From IMG/VR virus record IMGVR_UViG_3300010373_000040, positions 1-64,000 of that record: a stretch of 64,000 nt of DNA; one strand, written 5' to 3'. Below the pieces are notes generated by a model. It had not been told where the DNA came from. It saw only the letters and a list, made by a program, of their open reading frames with translations, and ran no database searches. This DNA is from a virus. Within the stretch, counting starts at the first letter, position 1; the number at the start of each line of letters is the position of its first letter. Below, one piece after another: positions 10,814 to 21,113 of the stretch. The translations under genes and the position numbers were made by a program.

Positions 10814-11293
10814 ATGATACCAGTATTTCCTAGAATAGTTGATGATAGTGCTTATATAGCTACTTCTTCTGAGGTAGTTAGAAATGCTATGTGGCAATAT
10901 CTATATCAAAATGGTCTTATAGATAAACTCATGGATAGAGGTTATTATAGAGATCAAGTAGGTAAAGATTCTATGTGTTATTGGTATGAAGCATTCTTCT
11001 ACTATGATCTTATAGATTATATGGTGATTATGTTTGAAGATATTAAAGATGCAGGTCTTATTTGTACAGATCCTACATTTCAAGCATTTGTAGATACTTA
11101 TCAGTTACCATGTATACAAAAGACATTATTATGTAAATATGGTGCTTCTGGAGTAGTGGATAGTCTTAAAGCTACTCTAGTAGATACTTTACAGAAGAAA
11201 TTAAATTTATGCTGTCCTCCTGATGAGGGTATTAGCTATATGCAAATACTAGGGAATGATTGTAATGTTTTCCATGTTTATCCCCAATCATAA
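10814..11293 (+). CDS. Hypothetical tail-associated protein
   Basis: 159 aa ORF tightly coupled between tail genes. Confidence 0.55.
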   Translation: MIPVFPRIVDDSAYIATSSEVVRNAMWQYLYQNGLIDKLMDRGYYRDQVGKDSMCYWYEAFFYYDLIDYMVIMFEDIKDAGLICTDPTFQAFVDTYQLPCIQKTLLCKYGASGVVDSLKATLVDTLQKKLNLCCPPDEGISYMQILGNDCNVFHVYPQS

Positions 11294-14200
11294 TGTCAGT
11301 AATAGGAGTAAAACAAAATAAAGCTTGGTTTATAGGAGGTAGTAGTAGGCCTCTTAATGCTAGAGGTATGACTGTGGATTTTCAGAATAATGGAGAACCA
11401 GATACCAATGTATTTAGAGATCAAATAGAAAGTTCTTTGCAAAAGAGGGTACTTGATGATTTCCAAGATCAAGCTACATTTACTGATATTAATGTCAGAA
11501 CTACTCCAGATAAGTTTGTTACTCCAGCAAATTTACCAGAAGTTTTAGCTGGTACTACAGGAGTTTCTGTAAATGTTGTAGCAGCTCCTGATGAAACTAC
11601 TCCTTATACCACTTATAATGTAAGTGTAGACAAGGCAGTATACGCTGATATGTTATCTAGAACTAATACTAAAGTTCTAACAGCAGCCAATGCCCCAATA
11701 GTAACAGCAGACCCTGCTTTAGGGAATATTGCTGTAGTAACTCCTGTACAGAATGGAAATGCAATAGAATATCAAGTTAAGGTCTTAGCTCTTCCTGTAC
11801 CTAGCTTAATTATAGATATTACTTATGCAAACCTTGTAACAGCTATAGGAGCTTCTACATTGGCCCCAGGATTCTGGTATAGATTTCCTTACCAGTGTAT
11901 TCATACTATTCCTTATACAACTGACTTAAATACTTCTTCTACCTTAACCATACCTACAGAACATCTGTTGGTTCAAGCTATTAATACCAATACTCTTGAT
12001 AGAACTACTGTAAGAAGTATGGAACATCCTCAAGATATTATTCATTGGAGATGGGAAGATAATGTGGTAGTGACCCCTACAAATGAAGATCCTTTATTTA
12101 CTACTCTTTATCTAGATACTATTGATCCTCTGATGCCAAATGTCTTTACTAAAGGAGCTGTATTATCAACACCTTATACAAGACCTGGGAGAATATACTA
12201 CAGAGAAGATACCATTCAAAGAATTTCTACACCCTATGATTTTAGAGGGGTTGTATACAGAAGGTGGGCTTTAAAGAAAGATGGAAGTGGTAATTATGTG
12301 TATAAAAATACTTTAACTTATACTCCAGGAACTCTTTATAAGCATCATGATGTAATATTAAATGCTGGTGTAAACTGGTTAGTAATATATCCTTTTACAG
12401 CAACAGCTTCTATCAGTAATCATAACTATAATTTGGTTAGTTTAAATGACATGATAGCTTCTGCTACAGGTAATACTCCTCAGTTTATAGCTACCAATTC
12501 TACTAGCTTTGTAATATTTGATACAGATAATCAGTATTTTACTAGCACTAAGGTAGAGATAGATGTGGATACTCCTTATGAAGATCATTTTACTTTCTAT
12601 AATGCTGCAGGAACATTACAAGCATTCAATGTTAAGATTAAAGATTATATTCCAGCATGGATAGAAGCTGTAACATGGGAATTCTATCCTAATGTTGTAT
12701 TTGGTACTCATTTGGGTGGAGGCATAACTCCAATAACTAATGTTACTATTGGTAATTTTAGTTATGATTTAACAATGTTTAATGTTACTTCAGTAACTAT
12801 TTCTGATTATTGTAGAAATATATTTATCAATGGTAGAGCTAGTGGTAATATAGGTGATATAATAGTAGAAGAAAATAATCAGTTTTTACATATAGATCAA
12901 AGTCCAGTAGGAGGAGATTCTGTTACAGTAAAAAGACTTATTTGTAAAATAGGTCTTGGTAATAGAGGTATGATTATTCATGGAGGATCTTATGATATTG
13001 GTAACAATAATAATAGAATAGTTTCCTATAACACTAGCAATCTTGTATTAGGGGACACTAACTATGTTGCTGGTTTTGTTTCAGGTACTCATGAGATAGA
13101 GGATTTTAACTCGTTTGTTACATTTAATTCTTGTGTAACAAATACTATGGGTAATAGAAATAGAAACGTATTTAATATTCTAGGAACCAATACTAAATTT
13201 GGAGATTATAACACTGATATTTCTAGCTTAAAACCTAATCTAATAGAAGGTGTAGGCGTTCCTCATAGTAATAATGTTATAGGAGATTACAATTCTTTAA
13301 TTGTAGTATCTGGTACAAATAATTACTATAACAGAGTGGCTTCTATGAGTATTCCTGATGGCTATACCATAACATCATGTTCATTTGAAAATCTAGCAGG
13401 AGGTATATATTTAGTGAATTCAGGAGCAGGATATAGTTTTACCAGAAGCTCTTTTAAAGATATAACTAATACTATTAGTGTTACTGATACAACTATCACA
13501 GATTCTGAAATATTTAAATGCCCTTCTTTATCACTAACTACAGTTGCCTTAGTTAATAGTAAGCTAAGGATCTGTAGTAATATTACAATATCTTCAGTAT
13601 CTATTACTAGTACATCTTTTGAGAATGTAAATACAGCTACAATAACTTTAGGAATTTCTTCTTCAATAGTGTATTCTAAGTTTGAAAAAATTTCTAATTT
13701 GAACATTACTTATCTAGTACAAGCTATAATAGGGTATTTACAGATTACAAACAATAGTACTCTTAATTTAACTTCTACTCTTACTACAGGAATAACTAAT
13801 GTGATAATAAACCATGTTACTCTTGATAATACTAGCAATATCAATATATTAGAGCTTAACAATACTCTTTCAAAAGTGTATATCTCTAATACAGCAGGAC
13901 TATCAATATACTATGGTAATCTCACTAACTGCAACTTCATTACTACTGTAAATTTAGATTTAGGGAGTATTATACCTTTGTCTTTAGTTCCAGCAAATAG
14001 CAAGGTTACAATATCTGATACAACATTTGAAAATATTGATGGAGTACAAGTACTTCCTACAACAAATGATGGAAGCTCTATCACTAATTTTATTTGGAAT
14101 ATAATATCTACAACATTCAATAATATGAATAGTTGTTTGATTTATCTATTGGCTAAATCTGCAAAAACTAACCAGACAAATGCTTGTGTATTTAGATCTG

Positions 14201-14709
14201 TATCAGGTGTTAATTTTGGATCAGTTCCTACTGATGTATTAGCTGTGGAGCCTATGACCTACTATTCATCTGTATTTGAAAATATTAATATTACTGGAGG
14301 TTCTTTGCTTATAGCTACCCCAGCTATATCAGTTTCTTCTATAAAAAACTATCCTTCTGGAGGAACAGGAGGTATTTGTTATAGAGTAACTTTAGTAGAG
14401 TGCAATTTTGAAGGTTTTATTAAAATTCAAGATACTACAGTAACTCCAAATTATTCTTTTAGAAATATATTGACTAGATTTAGAGGTGCTGGATGGTATA
14501 AAAAAACAACAAATGCTTCTGTAAATACTACAGGATATAGTATAGATAATAGAATAACAATGGGGGCTGGTATTCCGTTAGATACTATAGCTTCTAATGC
14601 TTCAGATGTTGATTATAAAGTTCAAGATGGCACTAAAATTTATGGCATCCAGAATGTAATATCAGGAGGGAATATAGTTGAAACACCAGTAAATATAACT
14701 TTAGTATAA
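11293..14709 (+). CDS. Tail fibre/spike with long beta-helix-like region (receptor binding)
   Basis: 1138 aa, Thr/Asn/Ile-rich repeats (xxIGxxN, SxFENI); N-terminal QAT..FVTPANL fibre motif; YDFRGVVYRRW segment. Confidence 0.75.
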   Translation: MSVIGVKQNKAWFIGGSSRPLNARGMTVDFQNNGEPDTNVFRDQIESSLQKRVLDDFQDQATFTDINVRTTPDKFVTPANLPEVLAGTTGVSVNVVAAPDETTPYTTYNVSVDKAVYADMLSRTNTKVLTAANAPIVTADPALGNIAVVTPVQNGNAIEYQVKVLALPVPSLIIDITYANLVTAIGASTLAPGFWYRFPYQCIHTIPYTTDLNTSSTLTIPTEHLLVQAINTNTLDRTTVRSMEHPQDIIHWRWEDNVVVTPTNEDPLFTTLYLDTIDPLMPNVFTKGAVLSTPYTRPGRIYYREDTIQRISTPYDFRGVVYRRWALKKDGSGNYVYKNTLTYTPGTLYKHHDVILNAGVNWLVIYPFTATASISNHNYNLVSLNDMIASATGNTPQFIATNSTSFVIFDTDNQYFTSTKVEIDVDTPYEDHFTFYNAAGTLQAFNVKIKDYIPAWIEAVTWEFYPNVVFGTHLGGGITPITNVTIGNFSYDLTMFNVTSVTISDYCRNIFINGRASGNIGDIIVEENNQFLHIDQSPVGGDSVTVKRLICKIGLGNRGMIIHGGSYDIGNNNNRIVSYNTSNLVLGDTNYVAGFVSGTHEIEDFNSFVTFNSCVTNTMGNRNRNVFNILGTNTKFGDYNTDISSLKPNLIEGVGVPHSNNVIGDYNSLIVVSGTNNYYNRVASMSIPDGYTITSCSFENLAGGIYLVNSGAGYSFTRSSFKDITNTISVTDTTITDSEIFKCPSLSLTTVALVNSKLRICSNITISSVSITSTSFENVNTATITLGISSSIVYSKFEKISNLNITYLVQAIIGYLQITNNSTLNLTSTLTTGITNVIINHVTLDNTSNINILELNNTLSKVYISNTAGLSIYYGNLTNCNFITTVNLDLGSIIPLSLVPANSKVTISDTTFENIDGVQVLPTTNDGSSITNFIWNIISTTFNNMNSCLIYLLAKSAKTNQTNACVFRSVSGVNFGSVPTDVLAVEPMTYYSSVFENINITGGSLLIATPAISVSSIKNYPSGGTGGICYRVTLVECNFEGFIKIQDTTVTPNYSFRNILTRFRGAGWYKKTTNASVNTTGYSIDNRITMGAGIPLDTIASNASDVDYKVQDGTKIYGIQNVISGGNIVETPVNITLV

Positions 14710-15350
14710 TGAAGATAGCAGATCATGTATATGTAATCAATCTGGATAGGAGAACTGATAGATTAGAAAAGATACAAGAGAGATTTGATCTTTTGGGTTT
14801 AGATTTTGAAAGAGTTTCTGCAATTGATGGTAAAACATTAGATATAAAACTCCCAGAACAAACTCCAGATAAGAGATGGAATTCTGCTGCCTACGCCTTA
14901 TGTCTAACAACTATTGGTATTTTAAAGGATGCTGAAGAGAAAGGGTATCAAAACATATTAATCTTTGAAGATGATGTAGACTTTATACCAAAGTTTAACC
15001 CATACATCAATGTTTATATGGGAGAGTTAGAAGATAGATTGTATGATTTTGCTTTCTTAGGTTACACTCTTCCTGGAATGTGTACAACTAGTCCTATGAC
15101 TCCTAGATGGGATAAAGTACATTCTATGGTTAGCTGTCATGCTTATATTATAAATAAACATGTTTTTCCTATGTATAGGAAAATGCTTGAGAGATTAGAT
15201 AATCCTATAGATTATTATGTGAACAGAATTGTAGGAGGTAGGTTGAATTCATTATGTGCCATACCATTAGGTGGTGAAAAATTGGTATTTCAGGAAAATG
15301 GTTTTAGTGATATTGAAAATGCTGAATATAATGTAGAATTTACAAGATGA
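14709..15350 (+). CDS. Glycosyltransferase family 25
   Basis: YVINLDRRTDR, RVSAIDG, ILIFEDD and HAYII motifs characteristic of GT25. Confidence 0.88.
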   Translation: MKIADHVYVINLDRRTDRLEKIQERFDLLGLDFERVSAIDGKTLDIKLPEQTPDKRWNSAAYALCLTTIGILKDAEEKGYQNILIFEDDVDFIPKFNPYINVYMGELEDRLYDFAFLGYTLPGMCTTSPMTPRWDKVHSMVSCHAYIINKHVFPMYRKMLERLDNPIDYYVNRIVGGRLNSLCAIPLGGEKLVFQENGFSDIENAEYNVEFTR

Positions 15351-15547
15351 GCTTAGTAGGGAGAAAAATTATATACACAGCAGAATTGGATGGTATTACC
15401 ATAGATGAAGAGACTTTGGTTGAGATACATGAGGGTAATAAGATATATACATTGGATGCCTACGGGAATAAGGATATATTTAACATTGAAACAGGATATT
15501 GCTATAGTGACAATCCAACATTTGGAGCTAAAAAATACTTAAAGTAG
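15347..15547 (+). CDS. Hypothetical protein
   Basis: 66 aa; ATGA overlap with the GT25 stop. Confidence 0.55.
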   Translation: MSLVGRKIIYTAELDGITIDEETLVEIHEGNKIYTLDAYGNKDIFNIETGYCYSDNPTFGAKKYLK

Positions 15548-15817
15548 ATGACAGGAGTAGAAAATTTACTAACACAATTAATAAATAGGTTAGATCCTGT
15601 CGCTACATACTATGCTACAGATCTAGATGAATCAGGTGATCCTAAGTATTATGGATTTATGACTACAAACGGTTTTTGGTATATTATGAGAATTACTAAT
15701 GCTGGGGCTGTAAGATATACTGCTACAGCAAATAGTTCTTCTGACATATATGCTAATGCTTGGATAAATAGAGCCATATTGGCTTATGATTATCCTAATA
15801 AAGTAGGATTGAGATAA
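15548..15817 (+). CDS. Small tail-fibre-associated protein
   Basis: 89 aa; YYGF..WYIMRI..W.NRA.L.Y pattern; coupled to the next fibre gene. Confidence 0.5.
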   Translation: MTGVENLLTQLINRLDPVATYYATDLDESGDPKYYGFMTTNGFWYIMRITNAGAVRYTATANSSSDIYANAWINRAILAYDYPNKVGLR

Positions 15818-17478
15818 TGGGGTATAAATTTAACATATTTACTAGAAAACTAGATAGAGTAGGTGTAGAAACAATTGGTGCTGGATCAGGTATATCTATT
15901 GATAATACAGATCCTAGTAATCCTGTAATTACTTCTAATGGAGCTAATATAACTGTTGTGACTAATTATTCAGCTCTTCCAACTCCTGCAACAGCTTCTG
16001 GTAAATTTTATTGGGTTTCTAATAGTCAGGGAACAGCCTGGTTACCAGGATCATTAGGAGGTACTTATTATAACAGTGGTCTTTATTATTCAAATGGTAC
16101 TACTTGGGAGTTTCTAAATGTTCCTTATCAAGCTACACAAGCTGCTGTGAATACTGGAACTGTTACAGATCAGTTTGTTACTCCAGCTACATTAAAGAAT
16201 AGTAGTCAATGGGCTACTAAACAAGATGTTTTTACTGCACAAAGTGCAAATATGTTTTATGCTGGACCTACAAGTGGTAGTGGGGTTCCTGCATTTAGAG
16301 CAATTGTTACTAGTGATATAGCAACAGCAATGTCTACAGGGCTTGCTGGGAGTGCAACAAAGTTGGCAACAGCTAGAAACATTAATGGTGTCTCTTTTGA
16401 TGGCACTGGTGATATAACTGTTCTTGCAGCACCTCTTTCTACAATTGCTTTGGGGTCAGTTATTGTGTATAATACTCTAAATACACCAACTGCTCTTACT
16501 TCTACTTCAGGACTTAAAGTTTTACAAAATAATGCAGGAGTAATATCATGGAATACTGTAACTGGTACAGGTAATTCAGTATATTCAACCTCTCCTTTAT
16601 TTACCACTCCTCAAATAAGCAATGCTGGTGGAACCTTTGCTTATACTCTTGTTGGTGGAGCTATAGGAGCCTCATATAATTTAAATCTACCTGTAATTAC
16701 AGCAAATGATACTTTTGCTGTTCTAGGGTTAGCACAAACATTTAGTGCAACCCAAACATTCACTGCAGCAGCTACTAACGTAACTTCTATCTCACTATTA
16801 GATACGACTTATAAACCAGCATTAAGTGTCTTATCTCCTAGTAACTTATTATTAGGGGGGTCAGGTTGGACAAATAATATTTATGGAGATATTAACTTGA
16901 GAGATAGTGCAGGAACTTATCGACAACTATTTACTGCTGGTTCAAACACATTCACGTTTGCAAATGGTTTCAACAACTTTAATGTTAGTTCATACGCATC
17001 TTTTACAAAAACTATAACCTTTACTGCAGCAGATTTTAATAGTATAAATGTAAGCGCAGCGATAAATGCGGCAGGTGGAGCTTTTACGGCCTCTGCTTTT
17101 AGATGGAGTTCAGGAATAAGTTTAACTAGTGGAACAGGAACGGTTGCTGGTATTTATTTGAATCCTACAGCAGGTGGAATGATCACAGGAAGTACACTAA
17201 TAGGGGTTTATTCCAATATATCATCTGCTCCAGTTGTTGGGGCTTTAGGCTATGCTCAATACCATGCAGGGACTGGGATAAGTTATTTGGGGGGTAATCT
17301 TGCACTATTCCAAACTCCCTCTTTTGGTGGAGGGGTTGGTGTTGTGTTTATTGGTAATGCTACAACAGTACCAACTTCAAATCCTACAGCAGGATTTATA
17401 ACATGGGTTGATCCTACAACCGGGAATTATATGGCAAGAGGTAAAAATGGTACAATCACAACTCTAGCATCAGCATAA
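15817..17478 (+). CDS. Tail fibre protein
   Basis: Gly/Thr/Ser-rich; QATQAAVNTG..FVTPATL and ATKLATARNINGVSFDGTGDI fibre repeats. Confidence 0.8.
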   Translation: MGYKFNIFTRKLDRVGVETIGAGSGISIDNTDPSNPVITSNGANITVVTNYSALPTPATASGKFYWVSNSQGTAWLPGSLGGTYYNSGLYYSNGTTWEFLNVPYQATQAAVNTGTVTDQFVTPATLKNSSQWATKQDVFTAQSANMFYAGPTSGSGVPAFRAIVTSDIATAMSTGLAGSATKLATARNINGVSFDGTGDITVLAAPLSTIALGSVIVYNTLNTPTALTSTSGLKVLQNNAGVISWNTVTGTGNSVYSTSPLFTTPQISNAGGTFAYTLVGGAIGASYNLNLPVITANDTFAVLGLAQTFSATQTFTAAATNVTSISLLDTTYKPALSVLSPSNLLLGGSGWTNNIYGDINLRDSAGTYRQLFTAGSNTFTFANGFNNFNVSSYASFTKTITFTAADFNSINVSAAINAAGGAFTASAFRWSSGISLTSGTGTVAGIYLNPTAGGMITGSTLIGVYSNISSAPVVGALGYAQYHAGTGISYLGGNLALFQTPSFGGGVGVVFIGNATTVPTSNPTAGFITWVDPTTGNYMARGKNGTITTLASA

Positions 17479-17479
17479 T

Positions 17480-17848
17480 ATGGCAAGTAAAAGAATTTCT
17501 CCAGAAGTAGTTTGTGATCAAGGTACGTTTAATGATACTTCTACACACAACCTTTGTTCTTACACAATACCTAATAATAGTGTGATATATATGGAGGCTA
17601 TTGTAATAGGAAAAGATTCTAGTAATAATCCTATTGCAGTAAAAATGGTAACTTCTGCCACAATGTCAACTACCACAGTAACTTTGGTAGGAAGTATAAT
17701 TAACCTACTCAGCAATATAGATGCTTCAAATATTGGAGCTACTGTGACTATTGTAGTAAGTGGAGCTGTAGTATCTGTGCAGGTAAAAGGTCCAACAATA
17801 GCTAAATCAATAGATTGGCAAGCAGAATTAAGAATTTATATAAATTAG
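17480..17848 (+). CDS. Tail fibre accessory/tip protein (beta-rich)
   Basis: 122 aa, beta-strand pattern, adjacent to the fibre gene. Confidence 0.5.
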   Translation: MASKRISPEVVCDQGTFNDTSTHNLCSYTIPNNSVIYMEAIVIGKDSSNNPIAVKMVTSATMSTTTVTLVGSIINLLSNIDASNIGATVTIVVSGAVVSVQVKGPTIAKSIDWQAELRIYIN

Positions 17849-17882
17849 TAGTATATTTATAGCACACTAAAAACTATACTAT

Positions 17883-18161
17883 ATGTCAGCAACAAAAAAA
17901 ATTATTGATTTAAATTTTTATCTTAAAGATGTTTATGGCGTACTTATGCCTGACCATGCTGGAAAAATATTAGCTCAAGTAATGGTTGGTCAAACCAAAG
18001 GAGATGCTTTAAAATATTGGGAATGGGCTATAAATCTTTCTAATAAAAAACAATTAGAATTAGATGAATCTGATTATGATAATATCAAGCAATTTGTAAA
18101 AGATAGTGAAAATCTATCTATTCTTGCTAAAGCTCAAATATTAAAATCTCTTAAAGATTAA
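17883..18161 (+). CDS. Hypothetical protein, possible fibre chaperone
   Basis: 92 aa helical ORF after the fibre genes. Confidence 0.5.
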   Translation: MSATKKIIDLNFYLKDVYGVLMPDHAGKILAQVMVGQTKGDALKYWEWAINLSNKKQLELDESDYDNIKQFVKDSENLSILAKAQILKSLKD

Positions 18162-18164
18162 ACA

Positions 18165-18455
18165 ATGAATAGATTAATAGGGTTTCTTATAGAATGGAAA
18201 ATTAAACTCTTGTTAGAAATTACAGGGTTGTCAGGCAGTGCTGGTGGAGTATTTACAGTTATATTTTTTACAGGAGATCCTGTAGATGAGCCTAGTTTGG
18301 GTTACAAAGCTTGGGAAACAGTGCTTTTGGCTGGATTAGGGGGTATAGTAGGTGCTATAGGAGGTTTAATTGTTGCTATTCTCTGGGCTGCTTTTGGTAA
18401 GAAGTGGTTTAAAGCCAAATTTGGTATAGAAATTAATAATAAAACAGAAGTATGA
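18165..18455 (+). CDS. Membrane protein, holin candidate
   Basis: Two Gly-rich hydrophobic helices and a basic tail; immediately upstream of the endolysin. Confidence 0.55.
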   Translation: MNRLIGFLIEWKIKLLLEITGLSGSAGGVFTVIFFTGDPVDEPSLGYKAWETVLLAGLGGIVGAIGGLIVAILWAAFGKKWFKAKFGIEINNKTEV

Positions 18456-18988
18456 GCTATTCAATTACATTCTTAGAAGCAATACCTCATGTTTTTGAAC
18501 ATGAAGGAGGTTATAATAATGTAAAATCTGATCTAGGAGGGGCCACTAATTGGGGAGTTTCTCTTAGGTTTTTGAAGTCTATCAATAAGGATATTGACGG
18601 AGATGGTGATGTAGATTATTTGGATATTCAAAAGCTATCTAAAGAAGATGCTACAGAAATCTATTACAATAACTTCTGGAAACCTTTCTATGATAAATTA
18701 CCTAGATTATTAGCATCTAAAGTATTTGATACTGGTATAAATGTAGGAGTTGGTAAAGCTGCTATTATACTTCAAAGGGCTTTAGTGTCATTAGGATCTA
18801 AAATAACTGTAGATGGAGCTGTAGGTAATGCAACATTACAGGAAGTTTCTAAGTGTCAGGAAGAAGCTATCTTAGATGCTTATTCTCTAGCACAAAAGAA
18901 TTATTATGATGCTGTGATCAAAGCTAATCCTGAGCAAATTAAATTCAAAAGTGGCTGGTACAATAGAGCTTCTTGGCAACCTAAATAA
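18452..18988 (+). CDS. Endolysin, glycoside hydrolase family 108 with peptidoglycan-binding domain
   Basis: HEGGY..DLGGATNWGV, VFDTGINVG, VDGAVG..TL, KFKSGWYNR. Confidence 0.9.
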   Translation: MSYSITFLEAIPHVFEHEGGYNNVKSDLGGATNWGVSLRFLKSINKDIDGDGDVDYLDIQKLSKEDATEIYYNNFWKPFYDKLPRLLASKVFDTGINVGVGKAAIILQRALVSLGSKITVDGAVGNATLQEVSKCQEEAILDAYSLAQKNYYDAVIKANPEQIKFKSGWYNRASWQPK

Positions 18989-19268
18989 TATTATTATGGG
19001 AAAAGAAAATCATATCTCATTTAAAACTCTCTTAGCAAGATTTCATGCTCCAACTCCTCAATTCTGGATAGCTGTTAGAACTAAGATGCTTGCCCTAGCT
19101 GTAGGATTAGGAGCATTAGGGACAGGTATTCAAGACATTGATGGTCTTACAGATAATATCTACTTATTTGCTAAGTATACTGTTAGGATAGGGGCTGTAA
19201 TACCATTAGTAATAGCTTTTATTGCTTCATTTACTGTAGATACTACTAAAATCCAACCTCCGAAATAA
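18951..19268 (+). CDS. Holin-like membrane protein (start likely 18996)
   Basis: RFHAPTPQFW followed by two hydrophobic helices; in the lysis cassette. Confidence 0.6.
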   Translation: MAGTIELLGNLNNIIMGKENHISFKTLLARFHAPTPQFWIAVRTKMLALAVGLGALGTGIQDIDGLTDNIYLFAKYTVRIGAVIPLVIAFIASFTVDTTKIQPPK

Positions 19269-19633
19269 TGGCTCCAATCTACAAATACATGATTATATTT
19301 GGGTTAATAGGCTTTACTTTAGGCTATATATTAACCTATACCTGTGTAGACAATACTATGAAATCCTCCAAGGAGTATGAGAAGTATTTGGTAGATAAAG
19401 CTAATGCAGACACCTCTATAATGCTCAGAAATGCAATTATAAAGAAAATAGCATCAGAAAATACAGCTCTTATATCAGACACTATAGCTATTTCTAGAGA
19501 AAGAGATTTCTATAAGAATAAGTCAGATAGTTTGATGAAACATATTAAAAGATTAACAAAAGTAGTAATTAAATCACAAGATTATAAAGAGGCTTCAGAA
19601 TGGGTAAAAAAACACAATTCCTCTCTAAAATAA
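19268..19633 (+). CDS. Inner-membrane spanin candidate
   Basis: N-terminal TM followed by coiled coil; after the holin. Confidence 0.5.
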   Translation: MAPIYKYMIIFGLIGFTLGYILTYTCVDNTMKSSKEYEKYLVDKANADTSIMLRNAIIKKIASENTALISDTIAISRERDFYKNKSDSLMKHIKRLTKVVIKSQDYKEASEWVKKHNSSLK

Positions 19634-20088
19634 TATTTCTATTGTGTATAGTTAATATAGCTAACGCTCAATGTACAGATTCTATCTATACAGAAACTAA
19701 AGCTGGTTGTACTAGATATAATCTTAGTGAAAAGACCTTTGTAGAACTATTTGTAGCCAGTAAAAATCTGGATACTATAGGCATGGATGCTGACAATCTA
19801 CAGAGGTCTATGGATAGCACGGATAGAGAAAATAAGAAGCTTGTAGCTATTAACAAAAAGATTGGAGAGAATTATAAGAAAGAAATTACTCAATATCAAT
19901 TAAATGATTCTACTAAGACTTCATTATTAAATGAATGCAGTAGAGTGTCTGGAGACCTCAATAAAGATAATATTGATCTTAGGATAGATAATAAAAGACT
20001 TAAAAAGAAACAGGTTAGATTAGTTGGATTAGGGGCTGCTTTAACTTTGTTGGTAGAAATAGGTATAAAAGTTTTAATAATTAAATAG
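19600..20088 (+). CDS. Spanin-like protein (signal peptide, coiled coil, C-terminal hydrophobic segment)
   Basis: Overlaps the previous gene; IIFLLCIVNIANA signal; LVGLGAALTLLVEIGI tail. Confidence 0.45.
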   Translation: MGKKTQFLSKIIFLLCIVNIANAQCTDSIYTETKAGCTRYNLSEKTFVELFVASKNLDTIGMDADNLQRSMDSTDRENKKLVAINKKIGENYKKEITQYQLNDSTKTSLLNECSRVSGDLNKDNIDLRIDNKRLKKKQVRLVGLGAALTLLVEIGIKVLIIK

Positions 20089-20095
20089 TAAGGAT

Positions 20096-20407
20096 ATGAA
20101 TCTCCCAGGACCTGGAAAAGGAAAATCTAAAAGTAATATGCCATGTAAGCCAGGTAAGCAATGTGCTGCTACTGGAACAGGTAGTAAAGTACAAGGTGCT
20201 TCTAAAATATCTATGAAAGACAAGCAGAAAGAGCGTCTTAAAAGCATGAGAGATAATGAAGAAGAGGATGATAATTTGCGGAAAAAAAATTCTAAGGTTA
20301 GACCAAAGTTTGAAAGCGGTAAGTCCTATAGAAATGGAGGAATGATAGGTAAAACCCATAATAGAAATGATAGAACTGCTGGAGACAGTGGTTATTGTAA
20401 TAGATAA
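20096..20407 (+). CDS. Small basic low-complexity protein
   Basis: 103 aa, K/G-rich, ends at the terminator. Confidence 0.55.
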   Translation: MNLPGPGKGKSKSNMPCKPGKQCAATGTGSKVQGASKISMKDKQKERLKSMRDNEEEDDNLRKKNSKVRPKFESGKSYRNGGMIGKTHNRNDRTAGDSGYCNR

Positions 20408-20410
20408 AGT

Positions 20411-20436
20411 AAAAGGAGGTTATTAAGCCTCCTTTT
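20411..20436. terminator. Bidirectional terminator between convergent gene blocks
   Basis: aaaaggagg-ttattaag-cctcctttt at the +/- convergence point. Confidence 0.85.
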
Positions 20437-20443
20437 CTTATTC

Positions 20444-20797
20444 TTACCACTTAACAGTTTCATGTTGCTCTTTAAGAGAGTATAAGTACCATTTAACTTG
20501 TAAGTAATCTATAAATGGCAATAACATCCCTTTATGTTCAAATTGAATTTCTCCAGTATTAGTAATTTCTGCTTCATGAGGATAAGGTCCGCATTCCCAA
20601 CCTCCAAACATAAGATCTCTATGCATCTTTCTGTTCTCAAATTGATATTTAAATTTTTCAAAATTCCCATATCCGTAATAAAGGTTATATTTTTTTGTTC
20701 TGTATATATGCATTCTCCAGTCTACCGCTTGAAAGACTGATATAATTAAGGCTACAGATATTATTATAAATAAAATTATGTGTCTAGTCATTTTCAT
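20444..20797 (-). CDS. Hypothetical membrane-anchored protein
   Basis: N-terminal TM; in operon. Confidence 0.6.
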   Translation of the reverse strand: MKMTRHIILFIIISVALIISVFQAVDWRMHIYRTKKYNLYYGYGNFEKFKYQFENRKMHRDLMFGGWECGPYPHEAEITNTGEIQFEHKGMLLPFIDYLQVKWYLYSLKEQHETVKW

Positions 20798-21113
20798 AGG
20801 GTATTAGTTCAAATTCATCTTGTCCTTCTTCTTCAAGTTCTATATAGTACTCTCCTATGTAGGAGTCATATTTTAAACCGACGCCCAAATTATAACCAGT
20901 GGAAACTGTGTGGGTTAAAACATCATCTATTCCAGCTCTCCTAATAAAAAGTATTTCATCCTTTATACTTATCACTACTGAAGTACAGTTTAATATTTTC
21001 TTAGCAGTACTAGATATGTACATATTAATTTTATCAGTTTGATTATACCGTTTCTTTTTATTGAAAAGTCCTGTACCACCATCATATCTAGCAATTGATA
21101 TTCTTCCCCTCAT
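20784..21113 (-). CDS. Hypothetical protein
   Basis: 109 aa, overlapping neighbours. Confidence 0.6.
   Translation of the reverse strand: MRGRISIARYDGGTGLFNKKKRYNQTDKINMYISSTAKKILNCTSVVISIKDEILFIRRAGIDDVLTHTVSTGYNLGVGLKYDSYIGEYYIELEEEGQDEFELIPYEND

Noticed and set aside
1912-16607. Minus-strand ORFs inside the vRNAP, ejection and fibre genes
   Set aside because: Antisense shadows of long coding genes with no motifs.
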